Shown here one piece after another: positions 26,571-43,917 of a stretch of 64,000 nucleotides of DNA. The stretch lies in NCBI RefSeq assembly GCF_009914755.1, contig NC_060938.1; one strand, 5' to 3'. The stretch is from the human T2T-CHM13v2.0 reference genome, Homo sapiens. The notes below the pieces were generated by a model that searched no databases, was not told the origin of the DNA, and saw only the letters and a program-made list of their open reading frames with translations. Numbering within the stretch: the stretch's first letter is position 1; each line of letters begins with the position of its first letter. The translations under genes were made by a program, and so were the position numbers.

Positions 26571-27679
26571 CTCTGCGGTCTCTGGATGAAGGTGTGGAGT
26601 GCCTCTCATCTGGATGTGGTGAATTGCACATAGATAAAGCAGAATAACCAAGCGTTATTGCAAGTTTGGTATTGGATTGATAACATAGAAATTCATCCAA
26701 AGACAAGTTTCTACACCTGCCTGATGCATATACCCGTGGGAAGTGTGTTCATGTCATGTTCTTTCCATTAGCATGGATTTGAGCACCTCTTGGACACACT
26801 CTGAGCTCTCCCCTCAGACTGACAATCACGCCTCTGGCCCAGCCCTCTCAGTTACAAATGAGGAAATCAGGTCCCAGAGAGGGAGTACAGGCATTTGGTG
26901 AGGATGGGGGCTGGGACTCAGATCCCCCGTGTTGACTTCCCATGCAGTGCTCCCTTCACTCTGCCAGCAAGCCGCCCATTAATCAGCATCTCTGTGCTCA
27001 TAGTGCATGGAAACTCACCGTTGAGTTGAATATCCTGGAGCCTCTGTTGAGGACACTGGCCTGGAATCCCAAGCTGTCTATCTACTTCCCCAGATCCTCC
27101 CACCCACCCCATGATCAGGGTTGAGAAGCCCAGCCAGAGCTCCAGTGCTCATTTTCTCTCTCTCCCAGTGAGTTACTGCTAATAGCAAACATTTTTCCAT
27201 GCCCAGTGTGAGACCTGCCCCTTTCCTAACCATCTCTGAGACCAGGTAATTCCCTTCTTTCATTTAGGTTCTTACTGAAACACGTCTATAGTTGGTGGCC
27301 CCAAGAGCCCGCTGTCTCTCGGCCAGAGCTGTCTTGGTTGTTTGTATGAGACAGAACCAAGTCCCTGTAGTTCATGGTTTCCCTGACCCCTTGGCCGGTG
27401 GAGGAGGAGGAGAAATCCATATTGTCTCCTGAAGTTTCTTTTTAGAGTTTCCTGTAGCTCAGTGTGTGAGGCTCCCTAGGATTATGTGCCTTCCTTCCCA
27501 CACCAGCAATGATTGAGCACGTACTCTATATAAGGGGCACTGTCTAGAGATAAATAAGGCAGATGCAAATGCTTTGGACAAGACTGTCAAATAATCTTCT
27601 AAGGTAGGAACTGGGTCACACATGATTCCAAGGTTAAGACCTCTGCCCTCTGGGGCATGTTCTAACAGTTGCTGAGTGT

Positions 27680-28190
27680 GTTTGGACTTCTGGTTGCAAG
27701 TGACCAAAAAAAAAAACAAAACAAAAAAACCCTGGACTGAGCAAAAGATGAGAGGTGATCAGCTCCTGAACTGAGAAGTCCGGGGCCAGCTGTGGGCATG
27801 GCGGGATCAGGATCGGCTCATCTCTCTTCCATGCTGGCTTCCTCCCCAGCCAGTCTCCCTCTACAGAGGGGCCTTGAGATGTACAAGCCTGCACTTTACC
27901 ACTTTGGGGTTTGGCAGGAAGAAAGCCTCACGTGTTCAAAAAGGTCTAGCAAAATTCCTGGGATTGACTCACATTGGACCATTTGTCTGTGGCTGAACCT
28001 GGGGCCAGGCACCCAGGCTCTTACCCGAAACGCATCTATAGTTGGTGGCCCCAAGAGCCTGCTGTCTCTCAGCTGGAACTGTCTTGGTTGTTTGTGTGGG
28101 ACCAGCCCCACCCAAATCATATGGATGAGAACAGGGGAAGGGCAGTTCCCCCCAGGAGAACCAGGGTTTTAGGGTGCCAGACAGGCAAAA
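27680..28190 (-). mobile_element. Old MLT1-like LTR
   Basis: ttctggttgcaagtgac start; cattgg and ccacccaaatcatatgg motifs. Confidence 0.5.
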
Positions 28191-28574
28191 ACAGTAGGTA
28201 TTGATGTTAACCCTGTCAACGCCCCGCACTCTGAGTAGCCTACTGGTGTGATCTGGCTCTGATCTGCATTTGGTGGGACGCTTCTGTCCTCCTGGGCACA
28301 GGGTGTGTGGCCACAGCCCACAGCCCTCCTGTCCCCTCTAATGTCCTGTCCCCATCTCAGTTCATGGTGTCACCATGCCCTCATCCCCCTCGCTGGAGAC
28401 CACAGGTTTCTCCCTCCACACCACGCCCATCCTCCATCCTGCGGGTCAGGGGGCCGCAGCATCTCTACATCATCCCCTCCTCTCTGTTTCCATGTTACTT
28501 CAACAGCTTCTACCTGAGGCTTCTGTCCTGCTCCTTCCCACCGCCTCACCACCCTGCCTGATGTTTCTAAAGTA

Positions 28575-28915
28575 AGGGCCAATCAACTACAGCCTGCGGG
28601 TCAAATTCAGCTCTCCACCTGTTTGGAATACGTCCTGCAAGCCAAAAATGGTTTCTACGTTTTTCAATGATTGGACAAAGTTAAAAAGGAATACTATTTT
28701 ATGACACATGAGAATGACAGAGAATTCAGATTTTAGTGAACATAAATAAAGTTTTATTGGAACACAGCCATGCCGATTTGTTTATGTCTCATCTGCGGCT
28801 GCTTTCATGCCACAGCGGCAGCGTTGAATAGTTGCGGCAGAGACCATATGGCCCGCAAAGCCTGAAATATTTACTGTCTGTCTGGTTCTTTCCAGGAAGA
28901 CGTTTGCCAACTGTT
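28575..28915 (+). mobile_element. MER58B-like hAT-Charlie DNA transposon
   Basis: aactacagcctgcgggtcaaat...aaataaagttttattggaacacagcca...ggcccgcaaagcctgaaatatttact. Confidence 0.85.
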
Positions 28916-29908
28916 GGTTTAAGATACTCTCATCCTGTCGTTGCTTTGCTCAGCGATCTGCTGCTGCTCTCCAATAAGGAGAGTCCTTATCCTGAAACTT
29001 GGTGTCCTCTGATCCTTCCAATCCCATGTTCCAGTCTTCCCATTGCGGCCTTCCCACCTCCCAGAACACCTGCCCAGAATTCCCAGTCTCCTGGGCTCCC
29101 TCCCGCCCCCCTGCCTTAGCATCCAGTTCATTCCTTTGCCTAGAAAGTGTCTCTCTTTCCACCTGGATGTCTCCCAGGAAATCCTGAGCCCAACTCTCCC
29201 ATCTCCCAGCTCTTCCCTGAATCATCTTTGCTGAGTTAGAAATTAATTGTTCCCTCTTCTGCGTTCCACTAAAGCTCCATTTAAACCTCTCCCCACGGCA
29301 TGTGTCTTGTTACAGTCACCATTAGCTGCACATCTGTTTCCCCCTCCTCCGTAGGTTGCAAACGTTGCCTGATTTATCCATATTCCCTTGCAGCCCTCAG
29401 CACAAATCCTCCCAGTAGATGCCACACGCTCAGTGCTTGTTGGAAAGATTGAAAGTCAAAATCTGGGCTGGGAGCAGCTTCCTTCCGTTCCAGGGACAGA
29501 CCTGCTGGTTGTATAGGAACACAGCACTGCAGAACCACAGCTGGTGGAAGACAAATATTAAACTAAGGCAGAACGAACAGGGATTTGCTGTCATCCTGTA
29601 GTTTGTGGGTAGAGATAGGCAAAAGATGTGTCATTGTTGGAAGTGGTGTATTTGAATCGACTGAATGAGACTTTAAGGAGAGGTAGGGACAGAGGAGAAG
29701 GGGTGAGAATCAGATAATTTTCTTGCATGTTCCCAGCCACCCAGTTTTGATAGAGAGTTCTTTGAGAGAGGAGAACATGTGCTTTGACAGCATATGGACC
29801 AGTAGATAAATGGTGTGTGAAGGGAGAGTGTGAATGGCTTCATTACAAGCAGGCAGGCATCAGTGTTCAGTGGGCAAAGACAGCAGCCATCATTTTAACC
29901 ATAGACTA

Positions 29909-30123
29909 CAGTTTATTACCTGGACACTATTGGCATCGGGGGCTGGATAATTCTTTGTTGTAGGGGGCTGTCCTGTGCTTTGAAGGATGTTTAGCTACAT
30001 CTCTGGCTCTACCCACTAAATGCCAGTAGCACCCCTCCCCCGGTTGTGACAACCAAAAATGTCACCAGTGTCATAGGTAGGAGTAGGGGCTGAGGGGGAC
30101 AATCACCCCTGGCTGAGCACTGC
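29909..30123 (+). mobile_element. MER20 DNA transposon
   Basis: gggctggataattctttgttg...ctacccacta.atgccagtagca...gttgtgacaaccaaaaatgtc. Confidence 0.88.
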
Positions 30124-30195
30124 TTCCCCACGAGGGCTTCTCACACTACCTGTGGTGAAAGACTTGTTAACTTTATTTGACCAATATGATTGTCA

Positions 30196-30550
<355 letters not shown>

Positions 30551-31155
30551 TCAAATTGCTTCACAAGTGTTTGGATGCCCATTCTCACTCTCTGTTCCTG
30601 TTCTGTCATGAGTGGGTGATAGAGAGTTCACAGGCCACACTTTATCACAGCCCTAGACCCAGAATCATGTTAGAGAACATTCTCTGTGTGGGTGGAGGTC
30701 ACCATGTGCTCTGGAATTGTGTCGCTGTGAGGCCCTTGCCACGATGCATGGTGCATTGTCTTGGTCCAGTGGCCTTTCCCTTGGGTGTGCACCTGCAGAT
30801 GGGGGGATGGTGTTGGACTCATGGTTGAAAGGCGACGACGGTTCACCTCGTGCTGGCAGGTGTTTGATGGCCACTCTTTGATGCACCTCCATGGAGGCCT
30901 GGCCTTGTTGAGAATTCTCCTGTGGAAGGGCTGGACTTGTTCTTTTCCATTGATCTTCTCATGAGTTGTGTCACTCCCTGATCATTTTCCAAAGCTGGAG
31001 GTCAGGCCTCCTGCCAGTGCATTCCTCGGCCAGGCTCTCCTAGGAAACAGGATGGATGATGTTCCGAGGCTTCTCCACAGTGGGTGGTCAGCGTGGGAAG
31101 TTTGACCTCTTGCCTTTGGTCCTGGGGCCTTGCCTTTGGTCATGAGCCGGAATAG

Positions 31156-31529
<374 letters not shown>

Positions 31530-31539
31530 TCTATGTTTT

Positions 31540-31793
31540 TATTTTTTTTTTAATTTCCATAGGGTTTTGGGGAACAGGTGGTATTTGGTTATGCAAGTAA
31601 GTTCTTTAGTGGTGATTTGTGAGGTTTGGGTGCACCCATCACCCAAGCAGTACACACTGAACCCGATTTGTAACCTTTTATCCCTCACTCCTTTCCCACT
31701 TTTTCCCCGAGTCCCCAAAGTCATCCTTATGCCTTTGCAACCTCATAGTTTAACTCCCACTTGTAAGTGAAAACATACGATGTTTGGTTTTCC
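31540..31793 (-). mobile_element. L1PB-like 3' end
   Basis: ggggaacaggtggtatttggtta...ttctttagtggtgattt...gtgcacccatcacc. Confidence 0.85.
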
Positions 31794-31873
31794 AATGCAT
31801 GGGTTTTAAATTCTAAGCTGTAAACTCTGTGGAGATGTAGAGACATCCCCACCACCCATTCCAGGAAAGGAAA

Positions 31874-31922
31874 GTGTGTGTATTTGTGTGTGTGGTATGT
31901 GTGTGTGTGTGTGTGTGTGTGT
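31874..31922. repeat. Imperfect (TG)n microsatellite
   Basis: Direct reading. Confidence 0.9.
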
Positions 31923-32645
31923 CGGCCAGTGACTTTTGTGGTGTCAGCGTTTCTAGCCTTCAGCTTAGATGTGAGGCCTAACGTGCCGGGTGAAGAATCC
32001 ACTATAGGTAAGCAGAGTGAGGGAGAGGCTGGTGGGAAGCAGAGATGCGTTTCTCTGTGTTGGCGATCAGGGTCTTTCCTGCCACGCTCTGTGTGCTCTA
32101 CCCCAAGGGGACTCGGTGCAAAGGAAATTGAGCTGGTGGCACCAAAGGAAATGGTGATCAGGTGGCTTTGGGTCACTTTATGCTGTCCTCTTCCTGAGGA
32201 GGAAACTGAGGCCAGCACTGCCAAAATAACAATGGCAGAACTGAACTTTCCAGACTTTTAATCCAGTGCACATTGTCAGATTCTTTACTGTCTCATTCAT
32301 TTTGTTGGTGTTTTTGAAGAGAGGTGATGGGTCCAAAGAGATGCCTAAGGAAGGAAAAGGCCACAGGCTGGAGGTTCAGTGAACTCATCTGGCTCAGCTG
32401 CTATTTTGTTCTGTGATCCTGATGAAGCTCTGGTTTGTAACAGGCTAAGAACCTCCTCAAACCTCACGGTGCTTTTGTGGAAACTAAGGAACGATGTAAT
32501 TTTCCACAAGCTCACAAAGGAAAGCCAAGAATAAAATCCAGACCCTGGTGACTCTTTAGTGGAAATGTTTCTGACAGAGCCAAGGATAAGAATAAGCACC
32601 AAGCCTAGAAGGAATGAGGCAGACTTTTCTTGTTCTGAGATTTGA

Positions 32646-32798
32646 GGAAAAAGAGGTCATATGTCCAAGTTACAACTGTCAGTCATTCTACACATATTAA
32701 GCACTTATATGTAAGACTTGGAAAAAGAGGTCATATGTCCAAGTTACAACTGTCAGTCATTCTACACATATTAAGCACTTATATGTAAGACCTGGAAA
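32646..32798. repeat. 74-bp tandem duplication
   Basis: Copies at 32646 and 32720 differ at one base; ggaaa microhomology at the junctions. Confidence 0.97.
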
Positions 32799-32914
32799 TA
32801 CATTAAGCCTGTCAGTTTCTTCTTTTCTACCTATAGTCTTTCTTCATCCTATTGCTTGAACTATAGTGCTTGGATGGGCTTGTTAGAATTGTAAATATTT
32901 ACAAGGACCATGTA

Positions 32915-33735
32915 CAGTCATGCACCATATAACAACATTCATTTCAACAACAAACTGCATATTCTACATGGCCCCATAAGATTATACAGATAGGGAGCTG
33001 AAGAGTCCCTATCACCTAGTGACGTCTTGCTAGTCCTGACCCTCTGTAGGTCTAGGCTAATGTGTGTGCTCATGTCTTTATTTTTGATTTAAAAATTTAA
33101 AAAGTTAAAAACATTTAAAAAAGAAAAATAGCTTATAGAATAAGAACATAAAATATTTTTGCAGGGCTGTAGAATGGTCTTGTGTTTTAAACTAAGTGCT
33201 ATTAAAAGAGTCAAAAAGCTTAAAAAATTTAAAAGTTTATAAAGAAAAAAGTTACAGTAAGCGAAGGTTATTATTGATGAAGCATATTTTTAAAATTAGT
33301 GTAGCCTGTGTCCAGTATTGATAGACTTTTGTCTACAGTAGTGAACAGTAACATCCTGGGCCTTCCCATTCACTAACCACGCACTCACTTGCTCACCCAG
33401 AGCAACATCCAGTCCTGCAAGCTCCATTTGTGGTAAGTGCCCTAAACAAGTGTACCATTTTTTATCTTTTAAACCATATTTTTTCTGTAGCTTTTCTGTG
33501 TTTAGATACACAAATGCTTACCACTGTGTTTCAACTACCTGCGGTATTCAGTACAGTTAAATGCTGCACAGGTGTGTGGCTTTGGAGCAGCAGGCTTTAT
33601 GGGATAGCTTAGGTGTGTTGTAGGCTAGACCATCTAGGATTGTGTAAGTGTACTCTAGGATGCTCGTGCAGCAGTGAAACTGCCTAACACCACATTTCTC
33701 AGAATGTATACCCATCATTAAGTAACACACGACTA
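32915..33735. mobile_element. Tigger3/Golem-type TcMar non-autonomous DNA transposon
   Basis: ta|cagtcatgcaccatataac terminus and degenerate cattaag...cacgacta other terminus; cccataagattat. Confidence 0.85.
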
Positions 33736-34179
33736 CAGTTGCTCAACCAGCACCCACTGAGGAACTGTCTGCTGTGTGCAAGCTACTTTACAGAAGGAGA
33801 AGCTGTTCCTTCCTTTCCAGGGAGATCACCCTGTGTCCTCCCAAATATAATGAATGGACTCAGGCCCTATCACTAAATCCTGGCCTGAGACTTCTTGCCT
33901 TGAGGCTACTCAGGGAATAGCAGGGATTTGGTCTAGGAAGAGAGGAAGGATTATGCCAAGGAGAAAGACTGCTCAACAGACAGGGAAGCCTGGGAGCAGG
34001 GGTGGGAGACAGGGCAGGAGCCAAGAGTGCTGAGGGGGTCCCTGGCTCACGGCTGTGAGGCTCCTCCTTGAACTCTACGTGCTCGTCCTGCTGCCAGGCT
34101 GGCCTCCTGGTTCTGCCCATCTTGGGGCAGCTGTGGCTCCTCACTCTTCCCATCCCAACCCCAATTCACCATAGTCCAG

Positions 34180-34983
<804 letters not shown>

Positions 34984-35574
34984 GTGGCTGGCAACCCGAC
35001 CTGACCTCAGAGCTAGAGCGTGCCAGAGGTGAAGGGAGGTGTCATTCCAGCCTTCCTCCAGGTCCCTTCCCAGTTAGTGGCAAGCAGCAACCACTCACTC
35101 TGGCAAATCATCCACCCTCCTTTGGGTTTGGGTGGAGGTGCTTCTGAATCCAGGCACCATGCTGTAGCAGCTACCTTCCCGCAGATGTTCTCTCATTGAA
35201 CTTGAGGCTGTCTAGAATGAGGAAGTACCTGGTGTCCATGTTGGCAATGATGGAAGTCTCTCCTGGAATGTTGCCGTGGGCTACTTTGACATCTCCTGGC
35301 TAATTGGTGTTCATTTTTATTCCAGGTCCTTGTACTCCTAATGAGGAGAGTGAACATGAAATTTATCATCCAAACTGTGACACTTTTGATAGAAGGGGTT
35401 ACTATTCATTAGACTGGACAGCAGATGTGAATCAGGACTGTCCTAGAGAAACCAGAGGATATAAAAGATCCAATAATGACAACTGCTCTGTTATTCCTAA
35501 GAGTTCATTCATACAGGAGTTGTTTTCATGCTTGTGTTTCATGAATAAAGGGTCAATCAAGTCAACACATAATG

Positions 35575-36310
35575 AGGGCTGAGTTGTTTTTCCCCAAAAG
35601 ATATGGTGAAGTCCTAACCTGGTATTTGTAAATGTGACCTTCATTGGAAATAGGGTCTCTGCAGATGTACTTGGTCGAGAAGAGGTTATGCTGGATGAAG
35701 GTGAGCTCTAAATTCAGTCACTGGTGTCCTTATAAAAAGTCCACGTGAAGACACAGGGACAAAGAGGGGAAGGCCAGATAAAGACAGGGGCAGACATTGG
35801 GGTGATCTGGGCCCACAAACCAAGGAATGCCAGGGACTGCCAGCTGTCACAGACGCCGGGAGGAAGATGTGGAGCTGATTGCCCCTAAGTCTCCAGAAGG
35901 AACCAACCCTGTTGACACTTTGATATTGAATTTCCAGCCTACAGAACTGTGATAAAATACATTTCTGGGCTGGGCACGGTGGTTCACACCTGTAATCCTA
36001 GCGCTTTGGGAGGCCAAGGCAGGTGGATCATGAGGTCAGGAGCTAGACACTAGCCTGGCCAATATGGTGAAACCCTGTCTCTACTAAAAATACAAAAATT
36101 AGCCGGGCACAGTGGCATGTGCCTATAGTCCCAGCTACTCGGCAGGTTGAGGCAGAAGAATTGCTTGAACCTGGGGGCAGAGGTTGCAGTGAGCCAAGAT
36201 CGTGCCACTGCACTCCAGCCTGGCGACAGAGCGAGACTCTGTCTCAAAAAAAAAAAAATCTGTTGTTTTAAGTATATACTACTTTGTTAAGACAGTCCTA
36301 AGAAACTCTA
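35575..36310 (+). mobile_element. MLT1B/C LTR with an AluSc-like insert (35968-36258, +)
   Basis: gaagtcctaacc...tgtgacctt..ttggaaatagggtc...agaaggaaccaaccctg...ccagcctacagaactgtga. Confidence 0.85.
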
Positions 36311-37271
36311 TTGTAAAAGCTTCAATATAAGTACCTACTATGTGCCAGGCTTTGATCTGGGTGTTGGAGGTACATCATGATCAACAGCAGTAGCAGCTCA
36401 TTCTCACAATGTCAAGGTGCGTCCCAGGGACCTTTCACAGGCTACTGGCCATACGGTCTAGTTAGACAATGAAGAATTGTTTCTGCAGTTGTATCAAACA
36501 AGTCAAATGTACTTGCAGCTCAAATTAAGTCTAGAGTCCACCTCTACCAGCTGAGAATACCCACAGTGGGCATGGGCATTTTTTCACGGGGGGGCCTGTC
36601 CCTGAGTAAATTGGTTTCTGTTCTTGTCATTGGCAACAGTGAGCTGGCTCAGGTGATACTGTGGTCTTGTTTCCTGGGATGCCGAGTGCCTGTTGTCATG
36701 AACCTACCTGAGAATGGGTCCTGGCATCAGAGCCCTCACTGCTCCTCGGGCTTCTGTGGTTGAACTCCAGCCTCTGGAGATGCGCTCACCTTCAAGCAGT
36801 GGCAGGAACCAGATCTGGCCTCATCCCAAAATTTCCTCCAGGGGAGGCACGGTGATGGCTGATGTGTGCTGTGTTCAGGTGCATGAACCAAGGGGCTTGT
36901 TACTTGTTCATCCTTGCCATGAACAGTACAACAACGAGAAAAACAGTGGGGAGCTCTTAAAGTTTTTCAGTGATAATATGCTTTCCTTTTCCTAGAGTGT
37001 GTCAGACGTTCAGTAGGTCTCTCTTCAATGAAGTATAACTTGAGTACAATAAAATACACAGCTTTTTAAGTGTAACTACCACTCCAATCAAGATCTAGGG
37101 CATTTTCATCACCCTAGAAAGTTCCTTGTGCCCTTTGCCAATTAGTCCCTTCCCTACCCCCAGTGGTTCTGATTTCTATCACTGACCTTGGTTTTGACTG
37201 TGCTTGGGCACCATATAAATGAGATCATACCATTGGTACTCTTCTGTGCTGGATTCTTTCATACACCACGA

Positions 37272-37573
37272 TTTTTTTGTTTTTGTTTTTTTGAGACACA
37301 GTTTTACTCTGTCGCCCAGGCTGGAGTGCAGTGGCGTGATATTGGCTCACTGAAACCCCCGCCTCCCAGGTTCAAGTGATTCTCATGCTTTAGCCTCCCA
37401 AGTAGCTAGGACTGCAGGCACCCACCATCATGCCCGGCTAATTTTTATATTTTTAGTAGAGACAAGGTTTCACCATGTTGCCCAGGGTGGTCTCGAACTC
37501 CTGACCTAGGTGACCTGCCTGCCTCTGCCTCCCAAAGTGCTAGAATTACAGACATGAGCCACTGTGCCAGGCC
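37272..37573 (-). mobile_element. AluS next to an old L1M fragment (about 37030-37270)
   Basis: Reverse dimer; TSD catacacca. Confidence 0.9.
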
Positions 37574-38577
37574 CATACACCATGTTTTAAAACTTCATTT
37601 TTTTTAAAAAAATAAAGCATAGCAAATTGACTAAAACATTTTTACGATAAAGCATTTGGAAAGGGGCCCTGGAAAGGGCAGCCGTTTAGAATTCCTCCAC
37701 CCGCCATAACCACTATAATGGTTTTGGCATACTTCCATCCAGTTCTTTTCATTTGCTGATTTGTGTGTAGCTGCAAACAAACCACGAGTGATTTCGTGTG
37801 TTGCTTTTTTCATTTATGATAAAATTTTTTCCACATCCAGTGTCTTTAACTATGCTTCTGGGTAGTACTCTATCTAAAATGCCCTGTAAGGGCAGGCACT
37901 TTTGCCTGTCTTGTTCACAGATGTATTTTGAGAATCTAGAACAGTGCTGGGACCTGATGGGTAACAGTAAATATTTGTGGGAAGACTACAGGAAAGTGTC
38001 CAACTCCATAACCATTATCCTATTCCTGGGCCGTCAGTGGCTTCCAGTGCCTCGCTAGTGGAGGTAACAAGCATCTTCACACATACGACTTTCACCCTGA
38101 TATTTTGAATGTCACCCTTAGAAGAAATTTCACATGAGAAACTGTTATGTCAAAGGGAAGAAACATATTTTTGGCTTTTGTTAGACAGTCAAGTGCTGTT
38201 GAGAGCTGGATTATCCAGATTTGAGTTTTGGCTCTGCCACTTACTGGCTGCACCTTGGGCAAATTACTTAACCTTTCTGTGCTCCAGTTTGCCCATGTTT
38301 GAAATGGGGCTAATGACAGTGTTTCCTGGGCTCATTGTGACCTTGAAATGTAGAAAGTACTTGACATGTAGTAAGCATTGTATGTGTATTGCTATGTATG
38401 TTTCATATGTAGAACATTATATCATGCTAAAAAAATGGAAGCTATTTTTCCAAAAAGAAATGGGTTCCCTTAATGATGCCTGTCCTTTTGATAAACTCAG
38501 TGGTACTTGTGTTGCCGACTGGTGACTAGCTCAGAGTTTGGTTGTGCAGTACGTAGAAACCTAGGTTCCGAATTTAC

Positions 38578-39236
<659 letters not shown>

Positions 39237-39618
39237 TAATTTACTTTAGATATTAAGTATATGCCTTGTCTAGTAGAGGTAAAGACAGTACAGGAACAAA
39301 TTTTCACCACAGCACTCTGAGAACACTTAACCTAGTGCAGGAGAAAGAGAGTAGAGACACAACTAAAGATTGCTGCTAACTGTGGAAATAAACAAAGACC
39401 ACACAAATGAAAACAACCCAAGATATTTACTCAGAGTTTACTATAGCAAGGGAGTCAGCTGTCATCACTTGCGTTTGGTAAAGACTCAAAGTCAGGCAAG
39501 GGAGCCGGGAGGCTTCACAGCAGGGAAGAAAGGGCAGGCTTCAGGCGTGCCCTGGGTGGAGGCTATTGGCATGAGGCAGCCAACTGGAAGCAGGGCATTG
39601 TGTGCATTGGTTTAGGGA

Positions 39619-41180
<1,562 letters not shown>

Positions 41181-41490
41181 GGGAGCCTATTTGTTTTTCT
41201 CTTGTTGTTCTTGAGTTGGAAGCAGGAGAAAACAGTAGAGAAGGTGGCTGTCATTGGCAAAACATGACCATTTTGGGCCAATTGCTGCAGAGGCTGTGGT
41301 CTGACATCCCAGGCTAGTTGCTTTGGAGCTGTGGGTCACAGTCCTGTTGTCCTGTATGGACCAGCCATTGTCTGTTCGTATTAATTTGGGCTCTGGCAAT
41401 TCTGTTGTTAACTAGCTGTGATGCTGAACAAAGCACTTGACCTCTCTGGACTTCAGGGTTCTCCTCTTTAAAATGGAGGGGTTACACCTA

Positions 41491-41805
41491 TATGCAGTGG
41501 CTCACACCTGTAATCCCAGCACCTTTGGGAGGCTGAGTCAGGCAGATCACTTGAGCCCAGGAGTTCAAGACCAGCTTGGGAAACATAGTGATACCCAGTC
41601 TCTACCAAAAAAATACAATAATTAGCTGGGTATGATAGTGCACACCTGTAGTCCCAGCTGCTTGGGAGGATGTGATGTGGGGGATCACCTGAGCCTGGGA
41701 GGTTGAGGCCGCAGTGAGCTGTGATTGCACCACTGCACTCCAGCCTGGGTGACAGAGCGAGACCCTGTTTCAATCAATCAATCAATCAGTCAATCAATCA
41801 ATCAA
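41491..41805 (+). mobile_element. AluJ with (TCAA)n tail, inserted in a MIR
   Basis: aaatggaggg on both flanks. Confidence 0.9.
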
Positions 41806-41930
41806 TATAAATGGAGGGTTAAGTGACTCTCAGTGAGGTGGGACAGGATCTTCAGCATCAGGGCAGGAAGAGAGGTGGGGTTGGCAAGGATGAGGTCATA
41901 AATGTGGGGCCCTAAATCAAACAGGATTTG

Positions 41931-42170
41931 TGTCTCAGTCTGTTTAGTGTTACTAAAAAGGAATACCTGAGGCTGGGTAATAAATAAAGAAGGTTTATAT
42001 GGCTCATGATTCTGATGTCTGGAAAAGTTCAGGAGTAGGTATTTGCATCTGATGAGACCTCAGGCTGCTTTCACTCACGGTGGAAGGTGAAGAGCCAGCG
42101 TGTGTGGAGATCACATGGTGAGAGAGGAAGCAAGAGAGACGGGGAGAAGTACCAGGCACTTTTGAAAACC
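41931..42170 (-). mobile_element. MST LTR fragment
   Basis: tgtctcagtctgtttagtgtt...aatacctgaggctgggtaat...gatcacatggtgagagagg. Confidence 0.8.
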
Positions 42171-43556
42171 ACCTGAGGAAACATTGCCCTGTGACATTAA
42201 CAAGTCCACTTCCCTTCCTGGGTGGAGAACAGCTGAACCACATAGTACCTGGGCCCTTGTCCAGCTGTAGAAATTCTATAGTGGTTGCTCCTGGAAAGAA
42301 CATTCCTGTTGCTGAGTCTTCCAGGCATATTTTCTTTTTCATGGCACTGAATCTCTTTTGGAATGTACTGAAAGAAAGATAGGATTTTAAACTCCTTCTC
42401 ATGCTAGTTAAGTCAGTGACTTAATCTAATTATTTTTACTCCTGTTTGGGACACAAGGGTGATGGTAGAAAATCCTAGATGTTCCAACTGTTGCCCATGA
42501 AAGGCATAAAATTCTTAGCAAAGGTTATTTTAAACTGTACAATTGGTGGGGCGGGGGGGAATGACAATTTTCTTCTTTCGGTTTCTGGCACTGGGATGGT
42601 TTCTAAAACATATACCTTATATAAGTTGAAACAATAAAAATTTGAGGCTATTTAAATTACTTCCCAGCCTTCCAGTCTGGTTTTCATCGTTTCAGAATAA
42701 ACGTCAAGGCTTAGAAGGTGGGGTTATTTTTAACAAGGGTAGAAAGCAAAGAGAGAGTGGCATGTTTTGAGGCAGTTTTTCTTTCCTTTAAAAAAATTCA
42801 ATTCACAGTTTACATTCCCCAAAGAGAATTGACTAATTGAAAGGTTTAAGAAAAACGAGCAGCTCACAGAAAGCACATCTCTGTCAAAAATGTTCTGCCT
42901 GGTAAGACTTGGTGTGCAGCATCCAAGAAGCAGTTTGGGAAGACAGGGGCTGAGGAGGCAGGGCCAGTGCACCATCTCCTGGGGAGCCATCCAGGCAGAG
43001 GTCACACTGGGGGCTCCTGAGTTTGTGTCAGAAGGGAGGAGCCCGAAGTACATTCACTCCATAGGCATTTCATGAACACCTACTTCGTGCCAGGTTTGTG
43101 CCAGGACCTGGCAGCACAGGCATGACCAGTGTGGCCAGAGTAGAGTGGGCACCATGGGGAAGGTGGCATGAGTGAGGCTGGAAGGGTTGGCAGGGCCAGA
43201 CCGTGCAGGGCCTTGAAGGCCAAAATGCAGTCTTTGGCATTTATCCTAAGTGTTTGTTGAAAAGCTTGTCTGGCTGCCCTGTGGAAAACAGGAAGGAGCA
43301 GATTGAGAGAGGACCTGGGGACACCGGTTACGGGTCAGTGCAGTGGTCCAGCAAGAGAGGATGGCGGCAGAGGGACTCAAGAGCAGATCAGCAGTAGGAT
43401 TGCCAGGGCTTGTGCAGGATTGGCTGAAAAGGAGGTGGGTGTATCAGTGAGTGTTCCCTGCAGGAAATAGAATCCATGTTTAATATTTTCAACAGAAAGG
43501 AATTTAATTCAGGGAATGAGATGCTTACAAAATTACAGGGAAGGCCGAAGGAGCAG

Positions 43557-43917
43557 CGCTACGGTCTGCATGTTTGTATGTCCCCAGCATTACGTGGAAA
43601 CCTAATTTCCAAGGTGATGTATTAGGAGGCGGGGCCTTTGGAGGTGACTGGGTCATAGAGGTGGAGTCTTCATGGTTGGGCTTAGCGCCCTTATAAAAGA
43701 GACCCCAGAGAGCTACCTGGTCCCTTCCACTGTGTGAGGATGCAGAGATAAGGCACCATGTATGAACCAGGACACTGGCCCTCACCAGACACCAAATCTG
43801 CCAGTGCCTTCGTCTTGGACCCTCCGGCCTCCAGAACTGTAAGAAATAAATTTCTGTTGTTTTTAAGCTACCCCAGTTTATGATATTTTGTTATAGCAGC
43901 CTGAATGAACTGAGACA
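43557..43917 (+). mobile_element. MLT1A0-like solo LTR
   Basis: cgctacggtctg...ccttataaaagagacccc...ccagaactgtaagaaataaatttctg...gagaca. Confidence 0.88.

Noticed and set aside
31727-32261. 165-aa and 127-aa ORFs
   Set aside because: Run through the (TG)n tract and L1/MIR sequence.
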